Notes: a model not told the origin generated them from the letters alone. A DNA stretch of 64,000 bases from Myxococcales bacterium (GCA_043747615.1 JAYTOU010000005.1:1-64000), one strand, 5' to 3'. Counted from the stretch's first letter, positions 35,690-46,673 are shown. Made by a program: numbers and translations.

Positions 35690-38509
35690 TCAGCGACGGC
35701 GCGCGACCGGCACGAGGCCGTACGGCACGCCGGCCGCTGCAAGATCGGGGTTCGCCATTCCCTGATCGATGAGGGCTTTCACCGCTTCGTATCCGCGGCG
35801 GCGATCCCTCATGGCGCCGAGCGCCGAGGCCGCGAGCATGCGCTGCGGAAGGGGAGCGGTCACGGGCGGCGGATCGATCGATGCCGTCTTGCCGAGCGCT
35901 TCGCCGGCCTTGCCGTTCGAGGCGTTGGCGTACGCGCTGAGCCAGGTGACCATCGGGCCGAGCAGCGCCGAGTACTTCGCGAGGAGAGGGCCGACCTCGC
36001 CCGCCTTGCCGCGCGCGACGAGGACGTAGACCCGCTCGGTGACGGTGCGAAATGTGGCAGACCCGCCCGTGATGGCGCTCGCGCTGAAGGCTTCGGCGTC
36101 GTCCAAGCGCTTCTCGTATCGAGCGAGGCGCGAGAGCCGGAGCGCTGGAAGAGGCTTCTTTTCCACGGCCTTCCAGGTGCTCGCGATCTTGTTCGCGCCG
36201 TCGAGATCGCCGGTGTCGAGCGCGTAGTCCATGGCGATGAGATCGGCCCAGGGCGCATCGTCTTCGGCGAGCGCAGAGAGCTTGCCCGTCGCGATCCTCG
36301 CCTTGCCCGCGAGGACCTCCTGAGAAAGAGAGAGAGGCGCGAGGGCGGGCTGCTTTCGCGCGGCATCGCCCACGGCATCCAGTGCGCGTCCGAGGCCGTC
36401 GGCGTCGGCGCGCTCGTAGCTGGCCGCGGCGCGCACGATGGCTACGTCGGTCGAGCTCGGGTCGAGCTCCTCGGTGGCCTTGATCGCCTCATCGAGGCGG
36501 TCACCAAGCAGGGCCACGCGCGCGGCGAGCATGCGCGCCGGCGGGTAGACCGCGGAGAACGACACCGCGATGAGCGCGGCCTTTCGCGCGAGCTGCTCGT
36601 CCTCGGCCTGGATGGCGATGCTGCCGAGCCACGCGGCTACCCCCGGACCATCGGCGACGAGGAGGCCTTTCCGTACGTCTGACTTGGCCTGTTCGAGCGA
36701 GCGCTTGTCGAGCGCGCGCACCGCGCCGATGGCGTACGGGACGACCGCGAGAGAGAGCGGGAGCTCGGCGGCGCGCGTCATGACGTCGTTGGCTTCGGGC
36801 GGCGCTTGGTCGGTGCGGGAGGGATCGCGCGCCCAGGCCAGGGCAACCAGGGCCACGCCTTCCGCGCGATCCGGGTACTTTACACGGAATTGTTTCGCCA
36901 ATTCCGCGGCACTTTGGGGGTCTCCGTCGATCGCCATGCTCCGCACGAGCGCGCTGTGAGCGACGACGAGATCGGGATCCAGCCGCGTCGCTGCGGCGTA
37001 CCGATCGATCGCGCGCCCGTCTCCGGCACGCTCGAGGGTGGCCCCCGCGAGCAGCTGGTACCAGGGATCCTTCGCCGCCGGTCCGTCGAAGCGCGCGAGC
37101 AGCGCGGCCGCTCCAACGGTGTCTCCGTTGAAGAGAAAAGATGCGACCTGCGCGAAGGCGAGGTTGTCCTCGCGCAAGCCGACCTCGCGGGCCCGCGTCG
37201 TCCCGTCCTCGAAGGCTACGTCGGCGCCTCCTTTGAGAATGCCGACGAGCGCGCGTTCACGCACCCAGTCGATGGCAGCGCGCGGCGAGCGCGAGTCGAG
37301 CTCGAAGACTCTATTGAAGTTCTTCTCGATCTCCGGAAGGCTCGAGGCCTTGCCCGCGTGGAGATCAACCTCGATCGTCTTGAGGATCCCCTCGGCGACG
37401 ACGTGCTGCTCCATGCGCTTCTCGCGGATCTTGTAGAAGAGCGCAAAGCTCCCGAGAGCAAAAGCCACGGTGAGGAACGCCAAGAACGCCGAGCCGCGTC
37501 GACTGATTTTTTCGACGGGCTTGTCCCACTTGAAGACCGTCGAGCCGCTTGCGCCGGGTGGTTCGAACACGCCGGCCAAGGTGAGCGCGTCGAGGATGTC
37601 ACGTGGGTGCGCGATCGTCGCGGTCGGCGCCGCGCCGTTCATGGTGCGCGGCACTGAAACCGGGGGCCTTCGCACGAGGGGGCTGCTGTCGCCGCTGGCC
37701 ACGCCCGCGGGCTCTTCGAGGTCGAAGGTAACCGAGTCCTCGTGAGGCGCGTAGGTGGGAGGCGCCGGCCGTGCGAGCGAGGCAGTGTCGTCGTCCTTCA
37801 AAAATTTCGACGGGGTCGTCACCGGGGGGAAACCCACCGCGCCAAGGTTCTCGCCCGTGGCCGGGCCGGCGATCGGACGCATCGCTGTCACGGAGTCTTC
37901 GGTCGTGCTCCCGGCGACCGGGGGAGGGCGATGGGTTGTAGGCACGCTGCGAATTCCTTCGGGCACGTTTTTTACGAGCGTCGTGCTGTCGCTGAACGAT
38001 TCCAGAGGCGCGCGTACGGCGGGCACGTCGGCCGGCGCGGTGCGAGCCACCTCGGACGCTACGGCGCGGCTCCCGGCCTTCGCCTGCATCGGCTTGAAGA
38101 CCTTGGCGCGATCGAGCCACAAGCGAGTCTCGGGATCCCCCGCACCGAATTGCATCGCGCGCTCGAGCACTTTTTCTGCGCGGTCGGCGTCCCCGCGGCG
38201 AAGAAGCACCTCACCGAGGATCCGGTAGACCAAGGCGTCGCGCGGCGCGAGCTTCCCGGCACTCACGAGCAGGCTCTGCGCATCCGACAGGCGATGGGCG
38301 CTCATGTACATGCGCGAGACGGCGACGAGCACCGGTACGCTGCCCGCGTGTTTCTCTTTCGCGAACTCCCCGACCTGCTGGATCAGCGTGGCGTATGTTG
38401 GCCCGCGAACGGCATCGCACAAGGCAACTGTCGCCTGGGGATCGGGGTTTCGCTTCCACGCGCGTGAAAGCTCGTCAATCGCGTCAATCGCGTCAATCGC
38501 GTCGCTCAT
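35690..38509 (-). CDS. Large membrane-anchored TPR protein
   Basis: N-terminal TPRs, Pro-rich linker, single TM, Ala-rich TPR-like C-terminus. Confidence 0.75.
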   Translation of the reverse strand: MSDAIDAIDAIDELSRAWKRNPDPQATVALCDAVRGPTYATLIQQVGEFAKEKHAGSVPVLVAVSRMYMSAHRLSDAQSLLVSAGKLAPRDALVYRILGEVLLRRGDADRAEKVLERAMQFGAGDPETRLWLDRAKVFKPMQAKAGSRAVASEVARTAPADVPAVRAPLESFSDSTTLVKNVPEGIRSVPTTHRPPPVAGSTTEDSVTAMRPIAGPATGENLGAVGFPPVTTPSKFLKDDDTASLARPAPPTYAPHEDSVTFDLEEPAGVASGDSSPLVRRPPVSVPRTMNGAAPTATIAHPRDILDALTLAGVFEPPGASGSTVFKWDKPVEKISRRGSAFLAFLTVAFALGSFALFYKIREKRMEQHVVAEGILKTIEVDLHAGKASSLPEIEKNFNRVFELDSRSPRAAIDWVRERALVGILKGGADVAFEDGTTRAREVGLREDNLAFAQVASFLFNGDTVGAAALLARFDGPAAKDPWYQLLAGATLERAGDGRAIDRYAAATRLDPDLVVAHSALVRSMAIDGDPQSAAELAKQFRVKYPDRAEGVALVALAWARDPSRTDQAPPEANDVMTRAAELPLSLAVVPYAIGAVRALDKRSLEQAKSDVRKGLLVADGPGVAAWLGSIAIQAEDEQLARKAALIAVSFSAVYPPARMLAARVALLGDRLDEAIKATEELDPSSTDVAIVRAAASYERADADGLGRALDAVGDAARKQPALAPLSLSQEVLAGKARIATGKLSALAEDDAPWADLIAMDYALDTGDLDGANKIASTWKAVEKKPLPALRLSRLARYEKRLDDAEAFSASAITGGSATFRTVTERVYVLVARGKAGEVGPLLAKYSALLGPMVTWLSAYANASNGKAGEALGKTASIDPPPVTAPLPQRMLAASALGAMRDRRRGYEAVKALIDQGMANPDLAAAGVPYGLVPVARRR
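38473..38503. repeat. 9-bp tandem repeat (CGTCAATCG)x3.4 encoding DAI-DAI-DAI at the TPR protein N-terminus
   Basis: Read directly. Confidence 0.9.
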
Positions 38510-38557
38510 GGTCGCTGCGACTGCGTAGGTTAGTGCATCACGCGGCGAGTTCGTAGC

Positions 38558-39391
38558 CTATTCACGAGCGAGTGGACGGACGAGAGGGGACGGGACCCAT
38601 GCGTCGAGAGTGCCCCAGCGGATCTGCGTCCATGCCGTATTGGAGCTCATGATCTGCACGCGGGCCGCTTCAGGGAGAAGCCCCAGGTTCGGGAGCGCGA
38701 CCCCCCGCGCATCGGACGGTCGGGCCGCCGCGCTGACAAGCACGCCTTCGCGGCGGTGGAGGCGTGCGTCACGCGCCGAGAGCGTGAGCAGGATCGAGGC
38801 GACGAGGAGCGGAGAAGCGACTGCTACGGCAATGACGCCGCCAATTTTTATCCGGCGCGCGTGCGGACGGGCGAGCCAGATCACGAAGAGGCCCACGCCG
38901 AGGACCAGCGACATCGCAGCGGAGAGAAACGCCCACGTGTTCTCGACGACGAGGTGCACGATGGAATCGCCGAGAGAGTCATTTTGCTCGAGCTCGACTG
39001 AGCTCCCCGCGCGCGCCCGTCGCCGCGCTACCTCGGCGCGAATCGTCGTCAGCGCGGCCGACGCATCGTCGATCATCTTCGCGTCGCGGGTGAGGGCACG
39101 CGCCTCTTCGAACCCATGAGCGGCGCGTCCGAGATCTCCGGGCTGCTCCCCACCGATGCGCACGCGCTGCGCATAGGCCAGGCCACGGTCGAAGCTCATC
39201 GCCGCGTCGAGGATGCCACGATCGGCGAGCGCTTCCAGGTCGGCGATGGCGTCGGCGGGTCGTCCCCCAGCGAGGGCTTGAGTCGCGTCCGCGAAGAGTG
39301 CGCCCGGTTCGTCGGCGCGCGATGGCGACACGCTGACGGCCACCAGGAGCACCACGCCCACCATGTGACGAGCAGAGATCACGCGCGGCAT
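38558..39391 (-). CDS. BatE-like TPR/TM/SH3b-like protein
   Basis: Signal peptide, TPR, two TMs, C-terminal 'WTQIRW..AWVP'; TGATG coupling to the batD-like gene. Confidence 0.7.
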   Translation of the reverse strand: MPRVISARHMVGVVLLVAVSVSPSRADEPGALFADATQALAGGRPADAIADLEALADRGILDAAMSFDRGLAYAQRVRIGGEQPGDLGRAAHGFEEARALTRDAKMIDDASAALTTIRAEVARRRARAGSSVELEQNDSLGDSIVHLVVENTWAFLSAAMSLVLGVGLFVIWLARPHARRIKIGGVIAVAVASPLLVASILLTLSARDARLHRREGVLVSAAARPSDARGVALPNLGLLPEAARVQIMSSNTAWTQIRWGTLDAWVPSPLVRPLARE

Positions 39392-41268
39392 CACGCGCCT
39401 TCGTCCGTCGTGAAGGGAGCGATCTTCAGCTCGGAAATGCGCTTCTTCGCGCTCTTCCATCGGCCACGCGCGTCTTCGATCGCGCCCGCGGTGGGGGAGA
39501 AGCGCGCCTTCTCGCACGCGTCGAGGATGCTCCCGATCTCTACCGCGACCTCACGCGGCACGCCTTGCGCTTCCAGGCGTGCGCCCACTTCAGCGCCTGC
39601 GATGGCGCGCACGTTCGTCTTGGCGCGCGTGATCGCCGCACACTCGATGGCCCGGGCGATGGCGGCGTCGGCGGCGCGAGTGTCGTCTTTTTTGCAAGCC
39701 GCATCGGCGTCGTCCATCCGTTGCCGAAGTTCTTTTTCGGGCGACGTCTTTCGCGAACGGGCTGACTCTTTGAGACGCCTCTGCGCGGCACGCCCCCCCG
39801 CCGCGAACGCGAACGCGAGCGGCGAAGCCGCAAGTGACAGCCAAAAAAGCGGGTGATCCGACAAGTGCGACCGGCCTCCGTCGGCCCCGGCGAGGGCGGT
39901 GCGCGCGGCGGGCAAGCCTGGGAGCGGATCGAGATCCGGTCCGGCATCGGCCTCTTCGTTTTTCCCCGGCGTGACCTTGACGACGCCGAGGAGGGCGCGG
40001 GCGACCGCGTAGGCGTGTGCATCGGGGTCCCAAAACGCAATCGCAAGCTCGCCGAGATCCACCTCGCCTGCGCGACTGAGCTTGGCGACGAAATTGAAAG
40101 TGCGTCTCCCGCCGAATCTGTTTCCATCGATAGCGCCGACTTTGTCGTGGGTCTCGGGCGTGAGCCATTCGACGCCTCGCCGCGGCGGAGGGACGATCGC
40201 CGACGGAAGATTTCCGGTGCCCGCCAGCTCGACATCCATCGCCACTCCCTCGCCTCGTTCCACTTCGCGCGGAGCCACGGTGGCGGAGAGACGAAAGTGA
40301 CCCACGTCGCCGACCACGTAGCCCGGGGGGCGCCCGGCGAGTGGAGGCTCGGTGACGTGCACATGGAGCTGCTCGCTCTCGCGTCTGCCCGCGGGGCCCG
40401 ACGAGCCCACGACCGCGAGCGTCATCGGCTCGATGGCCAAATCTCCCGTTTTCAGCGGGAAAAGAGCCCATTTTCGCACGAGCTTCACGCTCCAAATGCG
40501 GTCAGCCACGCGCGCGTGACCGACCGATCGCGGGTTGCTCTCGTCTTCGAGGAGAGACTGCTTCACGAAATCGCTGACCGTCGCTTCATGCACGTCGTTG
40601 AAGTCTGGCTCGCGGTCGTCGGAGTCGACGTAGATGTACACGTAGAAGGTGACCTGCTCGCCTACCACCGCGGCGGTCTTGTCGACGAGGCCATGAAGGA
40701 ACGCGCCCCTGCCGCGCGCCGTGTCGAGGGCGAGCTTGGGATCGGCGGTGACGAGCGGACGGAGATCGAAGAGGTCGTCGCCCCCGCCGAGCTGACCGAG
40801 CTGCCCAAAAATTCCCGCCCACGGATCGAGCGGTGCTTGCGGTTGCCGCGAAGGGCGCGCTTGCCCCGCAGGCACGACGGTCATCGTGATGGCGCTCGCC
40901 GCGTAGCGCGTGCCGCCGATAAGCACGCTCGGGGTGACCGTGGTCTGACCGAGCTTCGTAGCTACGAGGTTCCACGTCGCGCTGATGCCGACCTTGTCGG
41001 AGCGGACACCGTTGATGATGGACACGGTGCGGCTCGGTTGAACGCTCAAGCCTTGCACGGTGAAGTTCGAACGCACGCCCGGCTGGGCGCTCGACGGGCT
41101 CTCGCTCGCAGACGAGGCCTGCAGATGGAGCTGGGTCGACTCGCCGAGACCCACCACCTGCGCGTCGACCCAGGCCTTCATCTCGGAGGGCGCGGCGAGC
41201 GCACGCGTAGTGGACGTCAGCACGGCGAGCAGCACCAAACAGCCCAAAATCCAGGTGAGCAGCCTCAC
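39391..41268 (-). CDS. BatD family protein
   Basis: Signal peptide, SIINGV, VGEQV, LFPLKTG, VGHF, GTGNL, ARFSP; operon context. Confidence 0.85.
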   Translation of the reverse strand: MRLLTWILGCLVLLAVLTSTTRALAAPSEMKAWVDAQVVGLGESTQLHLQASSASESPSSAQPGVRSNFTVQGLSVQPSRTVSIINGVRSDKVGISATWNLVATKLGQTTVTPSVLIGGTRYAASAITMTVVPAGQARPSRQPQAPLDPWAGIFGQLGQLGGGDDLFDLRPLVTADPKLALDTARGRGAFLHGLVDKTAAVVGEQVTFYVYIYVDSDDREPDFNDVHEATVSDFVKQSLLEDESNPRSVGHARVADRIWSVKLVRKWALFPLKTGDLAIEPMTLAVVGSSGPAGRRESEQLHVHVTEPPLAGRPPGYVVGDVGHFRLSATVAPREVERGEGVAMDVELAGTGNLPSAIVPPPRRGVEWLTPETHDKVGAIDGNRFGGRRTFNFVAKLSRAGEVDLGELAIAFWDPDAHAYAVARALLGVVKVTPGKNEEADAGPDLDPLPGLPAARTALAGADGGRSHLSDHPLFWLSLAASPLAFAFAAGGRAAQRRLKESARSRKTSPEKELRQRMDDADAACKKDDTRAADAAIARAIECAAITRAKTNVRAIAGAEVGARLEAQGVPREVAVEIGSILDACEKARFSPTAGAIEDARGRWKSAKKRISELKIAPFTTDEGA

Positions 41269-42188
41269 TTGTCGGCCATGCCTCGAACGCGATGCTGGGA
41301 CGCAGCCTTGCGCGCTGCCTCCTGCTGAACGGTGGGGGCCGCGCCGAGTTGATCGAGAATGCGATCGTCTTGGCTCGCGGTCGACGGCGGCGGCGGCGCG
41401 GCGTCTGGCGTTTCCTTGGGCGGGGGAGGGGCACCAGAATCTTTCTGATCCGAGGCGTCGCTCTTTCCGGAATCCCCACCGCCGTCGCCCTTGCCAGAGT
41501 CACCGCCGCTGTCACTGCCGCCCTCGCCTCCGCCGTCACTCGGCGCGTCGCTCGCCGCGTCGTTTCCGGAGTCGGGCTTCCCGGCGTCCTTCTGCTCCTC
41601 GATCCGGCGAAGGGCGATGGCGCGGTTCCAGGCCGCATCGCGCCCTACGGCGTCTCCCGCGTCGTGCTGCCCGGGAATGATGCGCAGGCCGGAATCATAG
41701 GCTTTCACGGCGTCTTCGTAGTGCTGTCCGAGGAACTGGAGATTGCCTTCGAGGTAACGGGCGCGGGCGCGGAGATCGAGCGGCGTGTTTTCGTCCTCGG
41801 CCACGGCGCGGGTGAGGCGAAGGGCACAGTCGATCTGAGCGGTTCGCTGCAAGGTCTGTCCGTCGGCGGCTGCGTCGGCTTGCTCGTCACCAAAGCGTCT
41901 GCCGAAGGCTTCGCCGACCTTGAAGAGGGACAGACCGAGATCGAAGGCTCCGTTCGGGAGCCGGTGCACCGAGCCCGGCGCTCCGATGTTCCCTTCCGCG
42001 CACGGGCCCGTCGACAAATAGGCTTCGAGGGTCGACGCCGCCTGGGTGGCATCACCGGCGTCGAGCGCGCTGATGGCCTCGTTCACGGCGGGCGAGTCGT
42101 GATCGAAGGGGTGAGAAGGATCCCACGTGCACGCCGCAATGAGAAGCGCCGCACACCCCGTTAAAATGACCGTTCTATGCGGGCGCAC
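41265..42188 (-). CDS. BatC-like TPR lipoprotein
   Basis: Lipobox IAAC, YLEGN..YEDAVKAY, DAAWNRAIAL, low-complexity tail. Confidence 0.7.
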   Translation of the reverse strand: MRPHRTVILTGCAALLIAACTWDPSHPFDHDSPAVNEAISALDAGDATQAASTLEAYLSTGPCAEGNIGAPGSVHRLPNGAFDLGLSLFKVGEAFGRRFGDEQADAAADGQTLQRTAQIDCALRLTRAVAEDENTPLDLRARARYLEGNLQFLGQHYEDAVKAYDSGLRIIPGQHDAGDAVGRDAAWNRAIALRRIEEQKDAGKPDSGNDAASDAPSDGGGEGGSDSGGDSGKGDGGGDSGKSDASDQKDSGAPPPPKETPDAAPPPPSTASQDDRILDQLGAAPTVQQEAARKAASQHRVRGMADK

Positions 42189-43278
42189 GACGCAGCCCTT
42201 TCTTCGCGCGAGGCGCGACGGGAACCACGATCAGCTTCTTGCGCGCTGGCGCGTCGCCAATCGCGGCCTCGAGCGCGAGGAGAAGAAGAGCGATCCCGAG
42301 CGGCCACGCGTACTCCTCGGCGTAGACCGTCTCTACTTTCTCGGAGAGCTCTTCGTGCATCATCTTGGAGAGATCGCGCGCCACTTTTTCGATGCCCGTC
42401 TCGCCGTGCTCCGAGCGGACGATCGTGCCGTGGGTGACCGAGGCGATGCTCGCGAGCTGCGCTTCGCCTTCCGCCGAGAGCTCCGTCGTCAGAGGCTTTC
42501 CGTCCTCGCCGCGGCGGCTCCCGACGACCTTGCCCTCGGCGTTCACTTCCGGAATCAGCTCCGGCGCGCGCCCCCCGATTTGTACGACGTCGATGCGCGT
42601 CCCTTCTTTCGCACATTCCTGAGCAACGCTCGCGGGATCCCCTTCGAGGTCTTCTCCGTCGGTGACGAGCATTATGATCTTCACGTGCTCCTTCGACTTC
42701 GGATCTTTTCCGAACATCTCGCGCGCGCGCTCGAGGGCGCGAGCCGTCGCCGTTCCCCCCACCGGCATGTCATTCGGCTCCAACTGCCGGAAAAACTGGG
42801 CGATCGCCGCTCCATCGCTGGTGAGCGGAAAGCTCATTGGCTCACCCGCAAAGGCCACCGCCGCGAAGCGTGCTCCGGGGAGCCCCTGAATCAAACGCGC
42901 CACCTCCGCCTTCGCCCGCGCGATGCGGCTCGGCAGGACGTCCCGCGCGTACATGCTCTTCGAGTAGTCGAGCACGATCACGATATCGAGGTTGGTGGCA
43001 GGAATGAGGCGCGTGCCCCGGCCGAACTGGGGCCTGGCGAGCGCTCCAAACGCAAGGGCCATCGCGAGGACGAGGAGGACGCCCTTGGTGGCGCGCCGTC
43101 CGGTGGCATCGAAGCTCGACAGAGCGCCAACCAAGGCCGGATCTCCGAAGCGCGTCTCCGCACGCACTCGCGCAAAGGAGGACAGAATGAGGGTGGTCGC
43201 GAAAATGAGCAGCGTGCCCACGCACGCGATGACGACGAGGATCGCGGGGAAGGCGAAGAGATCGTAGGCGAACTTCAT
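42175..43278 (-). CDS. BatB-like VWA domain protein
   Basis: ALARPQFG, DYSKSM (MIDAS), PLTSD, VTDGED. Confidence 0.88.
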   Translation of the reverse strand: MKFAYDLFAFPAILVVIACVGTLLIFATTLILSSFARVRAETRFGDPALVGALSSFDATGRRATKGVLLVLAMALAFGALARPQFGRGTRLIPATNLDIVIVLDYSKSMYARDVLPSRIARAKAEVARLIQGLPGARFAAVAFAGEPMSFPLTSDGAAIAQFFRQLEPNDMPVGGTATARALERAREMFGKDPKSKEHVKIIMLVTDGEDLEGDPASVAQECAKEGTRIDVVQIGGRAPELIPEVNAEGKVVGSRRGEDGKPLTTELSAEGEAQLASIASVTHGTIVRSEHGETGIEKVARDLSKMMHEELSEKVETVYAEEYAWPLGIALLLLALEAAIGDAPARKKLIVVPVAPRAKKGLRRAPA

Positions 43279-43303
43279 AGCTGCCACCGGCGTTCGGGAG
43301 ACG

Positions 43304-44509
43304 TCACGGAAACCTCCGCACCACGAGAAGACGAATGAGCGCTTCGAGGGCAACGAGAAACACGCCGGGCGCGAGGAGGAACGGAAAGAGATCCTCCATC
43401 GTGGCGGACTGAGCCTCGAACCGCGTCTTTTCAAGGCTATCCAGGATCGCGTGCATGCTCTTCTCGAGAGCCTGCTTGTCGTTGGCGACGAAGGATTCTC
43501 CGCCCGTCTGACCGGCAATGGCCTTCAAGAGCTCGGGGTTGACCGGAAAGTGCGCGCGCGAAAAACGCGGCTGACCAAAGAGATCGAAGCCGTCCTGCAC
43601 CTCGACCTCGTCGCCGTTTCCGATCTGCACGGTGTAGACCTTTACCCCCTGGGTCTGGGCGAGGTGAGCGGCGTACTCGGGGGCGATGGAGCCCGCGTTC
43701 GAGTCTCCGTCGGTGAGCAGAATGATCGTCTTCGAGCGCGCCGTGCTTCTTCGCAGGCGGGCTACGCCGACGCCGACCGCGTCGCCGATCGCAGTGCCGT
43801 TGCCGTCGATGATCTCGAGGTCCATCTTCTGCACGAGGGTCGTGAGGAGTGCGTAGTCGAGCGTCGGCGGTGAGAGCACGTAGGCGGCGCGGCCGAACAC
43901 CACCACGCCGATCCGATCCGTCTTCCGACGGGACACGAACTCCAAAATGACTTCTTTTGCCGTCTCCAAACGCGTGCGACGGCTTGCGCTCCTGTTCGGC
44001 GTGTTCGCGAGAGGGACCGGCGCATCCATGATCGCGCGCATCGAGCCTGAGAGATCGAGGACGACCACGATGTCGATCCCGAGCTCGTCTGCGCTCTCGC
44101 CGCGCAGGACGTCTTGGGGGCGAGCGAGAGCCATGATCCCGAGGACCAACGCCGCCCCGCGGATGACTCCTGGAAGATCGCGGAGCCTCGCGCGCCATCC
44201 ACGCGGACCGAGAATGAGCGGGGCAATCGTGGGGAGCGACAAGCGAGGCACGCGCGTGTCGGCGCCGAGGGTCATGATCCACACCACGAACGGAACGATG
44301 ACCAGCGCCCCGAGCCACCACTTGGCGAGCCAGCGAGCTCCGAGCCAAGCCTCGCCGCGCATGAGGAGCGGGTAGACGAGACCGATCGCGACGAAGGTGA
44401 GTGTGCCAAAGGCGACGAGAATGCCGCGTACGATCGTGCGGATCCGCTCGCGTGAAATGCTCACCACGGGCTTAGGACGCGCGGCGCGGTCAATGCGGAC
44501 GCTGCTCAT
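43304..44509 (-). CDS. BatA-like VWA domain protein
   Basis: ALARPQ, DLSGSM, DRIGVVVF, PPTLD, GTAIGDA, LLTDGDSN. Confidence 0.9.
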   Translation of the reverse strand: MSSVRIDRAARPKPVVSISRERIRTIVRGILVAFGTLTFVAIGLVYPLLMRGEAWLGARWLAKWWLGALVIVPFVVWIMTLGADTRVPRLSLPTIAPLILGPRGWRARLRDLPGVIRGAALVLGIMALARPQDVLRGESADELGIDIVVVLDLSGSMRAIMDAPVPLANTPNRSASRRTRLETAKEVILEFVSRRKTDRIGVVVFGRAAYVLSPPTLDYALLTTLVQKMDLEIIDGNGTAIGDAVGVGVARLRRSTARSKTIILLTDGDSNAGSIAPEYAAHLAQTQGVKVYTVQIGNGDEVEVQDGFDLFGQPRFSRAHFPVNPELLKAIAGQTGGESFVANDKQALEKSMHAILDSLEKTRFEAQSATMEDLFPFLLAPGVFLVALEALIRLLVVRRFP

Positions 44510-45618
44510 CGTGCACCCTCGGCGCCGTCGACGCTGGCCGGACCTTCGTCACCGAGCCTCGCGGGCATGGTAGCCCGGACGATGCGCTCCCCCAGATCGA
44601 GGGCCCGTGCGCACTCGGATGGCGTCGGGGTGACGTTGGCAAACTTGACGAGATCGCACTCGCCGAGAAACGCCACAACCTCCGAGAACGACAGTTTCTG
44701 AAGAGGCGCGTGGGCGAGAGCTGCGAGGATCTCGTCGGTCGTGGACTCCAGACCGTCGAAGCCGAAGCGCCCTCCGAGGTACGACCTTAGTGTGTCGTTC
44801 ACCCGATCGAAGTACTCCGCGTGGCGCCCCATATCGAGGAGACCTGCATGCCGCACCTCGTCGAGCTCTTCGAGGGCGATGTCCCAGGGCGGACGCGGGG
44901 GCGGCGGCGGCGCGACCGGCTTCGGGCGCTTCAACCACAGGCTCACCAGGTAGGCGATGAGGGCGCCGACGAAGAGGCTCGGGATCCCCCACATGAGAGC
45001 GCGCTTGAGCGCAGTCCATTCTTCGCGCTGCGGACGCGGGGGCGGGTTGGGCATCGGCTTGGCGTCCGGAGTGGACGCCGTGGGGTCCTCGATGACGATC
45101 GCGTGCGGCCTCGTGCACACGGAGGCGATGTCTCCGCTTGCGCGGGCAACGGCGATGGGGACCGGCGGAAGAATCAGGGTATGACGTCCGGGCTCCGGCG
45201 GAAGGGCGATCAGCGGAAGCTCGAGGATGGTCGTCGCGCGATCGGGCCGCGCTGGATCCGGCAGACCCGCGGTGAGACGCGCACCTGCCCCACCGTCTTG
45301 ATGGGGAATGACGAATCCCGCCTCTTTCAGGGCTTTGGTGGCTTCGCCCGCGCTCTCGAGATCGAGTCCGCGCGGCAGAACGCTCTCCCCTTTTCCGTGC
45401 TCGACGGTCACGGTCAGCGTCGTCGCGTAGCCGCTCGTGCCGCGCTCGGGGAAGGTCTCGCGCAGGACCGGCCTCTTTCCCCCGACGGGAATTCGCTCCA
45501 CGCAGCCCGAGATGGACGCGCCGCCGCCATCGGCAATCACGTCGGCGAATGCGCGCGGGGAAGCGACGACCCCTCCGAGCACGAGCACGATCGCGGCGAG
45601 CGAAGCCCCTCTTGTCAT
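44506..45618 (-). CDS. Membrane protein of the MoxR/Bat operon (DUF4381-like)
   Basis: TM followed by PPWDIALEEL..LRSYL..RF..LESTTDE..DLVKFA. Confidence 0.75.
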   Translation of the reverse strand: MTRGASLAAIVLVLGGVVASPRAFADVIADGGGASISGCVERIPVGGKRPVLRETFPERGTSGYATTLTVTVEHGKGESVLPRGLDLESAGEATKALKEAGFVIPHQDGGAGARLTAGLPDPARPDRATTILELPLIALPPEPGRHTLILPPVPIAVARASGDIASVCTRPHAIVIEDPTASTPDAKPMPNPPPRPQREEWTALKRALMWGIPSLFVGALIAYLVSLWLKRPKPVAPPPPPRPPWDIALEELDEVRHAGLLDMGRHAEYFDRVNDTLRSYLGGRFGFDGLESTTDEILAALAHAPLQKLSFSEVVAFLGECDLVKFANVTPTPSECARALDLGERIVRATMPARLGDEGPASVDGAEGAR

Positions 45619-46547
45619 CGGGTGCGCATCCTCCGCGCGCGCCGGGCGAACAGATCGCGCAAGGGTTTGACGAACGAGCCCCCCGTGGAGATCTCCACGG
45701 AGTCGACGCCGAGCTTCAGAAATAGCTGTCTTCGCGCATCGCTCAGCGCCTTCATGGCCTTGGCGTGAGCCTCGCGCACCCGCGGATCGGAGGTGTCGAC
45801 CAGGATGGACTCGCCGCTCTCGAGATCCTCGAAGGTGGCGAGCCCGACGTCGGGCAGATCGATGTCGCGCGGGTCGACGAGGACCACGGGAACCACGTCG
45901 TGCTTGGCCGCAGCCAGGGCCAGCGCGCGCTCGTATCCCTGGGCAAAAAAATCGCTCACGACGAAGGCGATGCTCCTTCGCCGCGCGACGCCGACCAGGG
46001 TCTCGAGCGCCGTCTTGAGATCGGTCGCCGCGCCGAGGATGGGCTCGCCCCGCGCGTTTCGCCCGGGGGCGCTCGCGGCCGACTGCGGAGTGAACGCGAG
46101 AATTTCCCGGACCACGCGCATGACATGCTTCTCACCCTTTTTCGGAGGGACGATGCGCTCGATCTTGTTCGTCGACAGAATGAGGCCAACGCGGTCGCTG
46201 TTGCGGATTGCGCTGAAGGCAAGGAGAGCGGCGACCTCCGAGGCCACGCGCGTCTTCGGGGCGCGGCGGGTGCCGAATCGTTCGCTCGGCGAGAGATCGA
46301 CGACGAGCATCACCGTCATCTCGCGCTCTTCGACGAAGACCTTGACGAAGGCTTCGTTCATCCGGGCCGAGACGTTCCAGTCGATGGTGCGCACGTCGTC
46401 CCCGGGCTGGTACGGGCGGACTTCGCGAAAAGCGAGGCCCTGGCCCTTGAAGCTCGAGCTGTAGGTACCCGATAGATTTTCGTTAGCCAGCCGCTGGGTG
46501 TGGATCTCTATGGTGCGGAGCGCGGCGAGAAGTTCCTTGGGGATCAT
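45615..46547 (-). CDS. DUF58 domain protein
   Basis: FKGQGLAFREVRPYQPGDDVRTIDWNVSAR, EERE, VVSDF. Confidence 0.95.
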   Translation of the reverse strand: MIPKELLAALRTIEIHTQRLANENLSGTYSSSFKGQGLAFREVRPYQPGDDVRTIDWNVSARMNEAFVKVFVEEREMTVMLVVDLSPSERFGTRRAPKTRVASEVAALLAFSAIRNSDRVGLILSTNKIERIVPPKKGEKHVMRVVREILAFTPQSAASAPGRNARGEPILGAATDLKTALETLVGVARRRSIAFVVSDFFAQGYERALALAAAKHDVVPVVLVDPRDIDLPDVGLATFEDLESGESILVDTSDPRVREAHAKAMKALSDARRQLFLKLGVDSVEISTGGSFVKPLRDLFARRARRMRTR

Positions 46548-46673
46548 GGGGCGAGTCTCGAGGCCGACGAGGAGCGCGGTTTACCACACGCCAGGCTCCT
46601 TTTGGGCGTGGTTACCCTCGCGCGCAGCACCTGAGCCTGCGTTCTTATTCCAGGCGGGGACTTCCTCGCCGAC

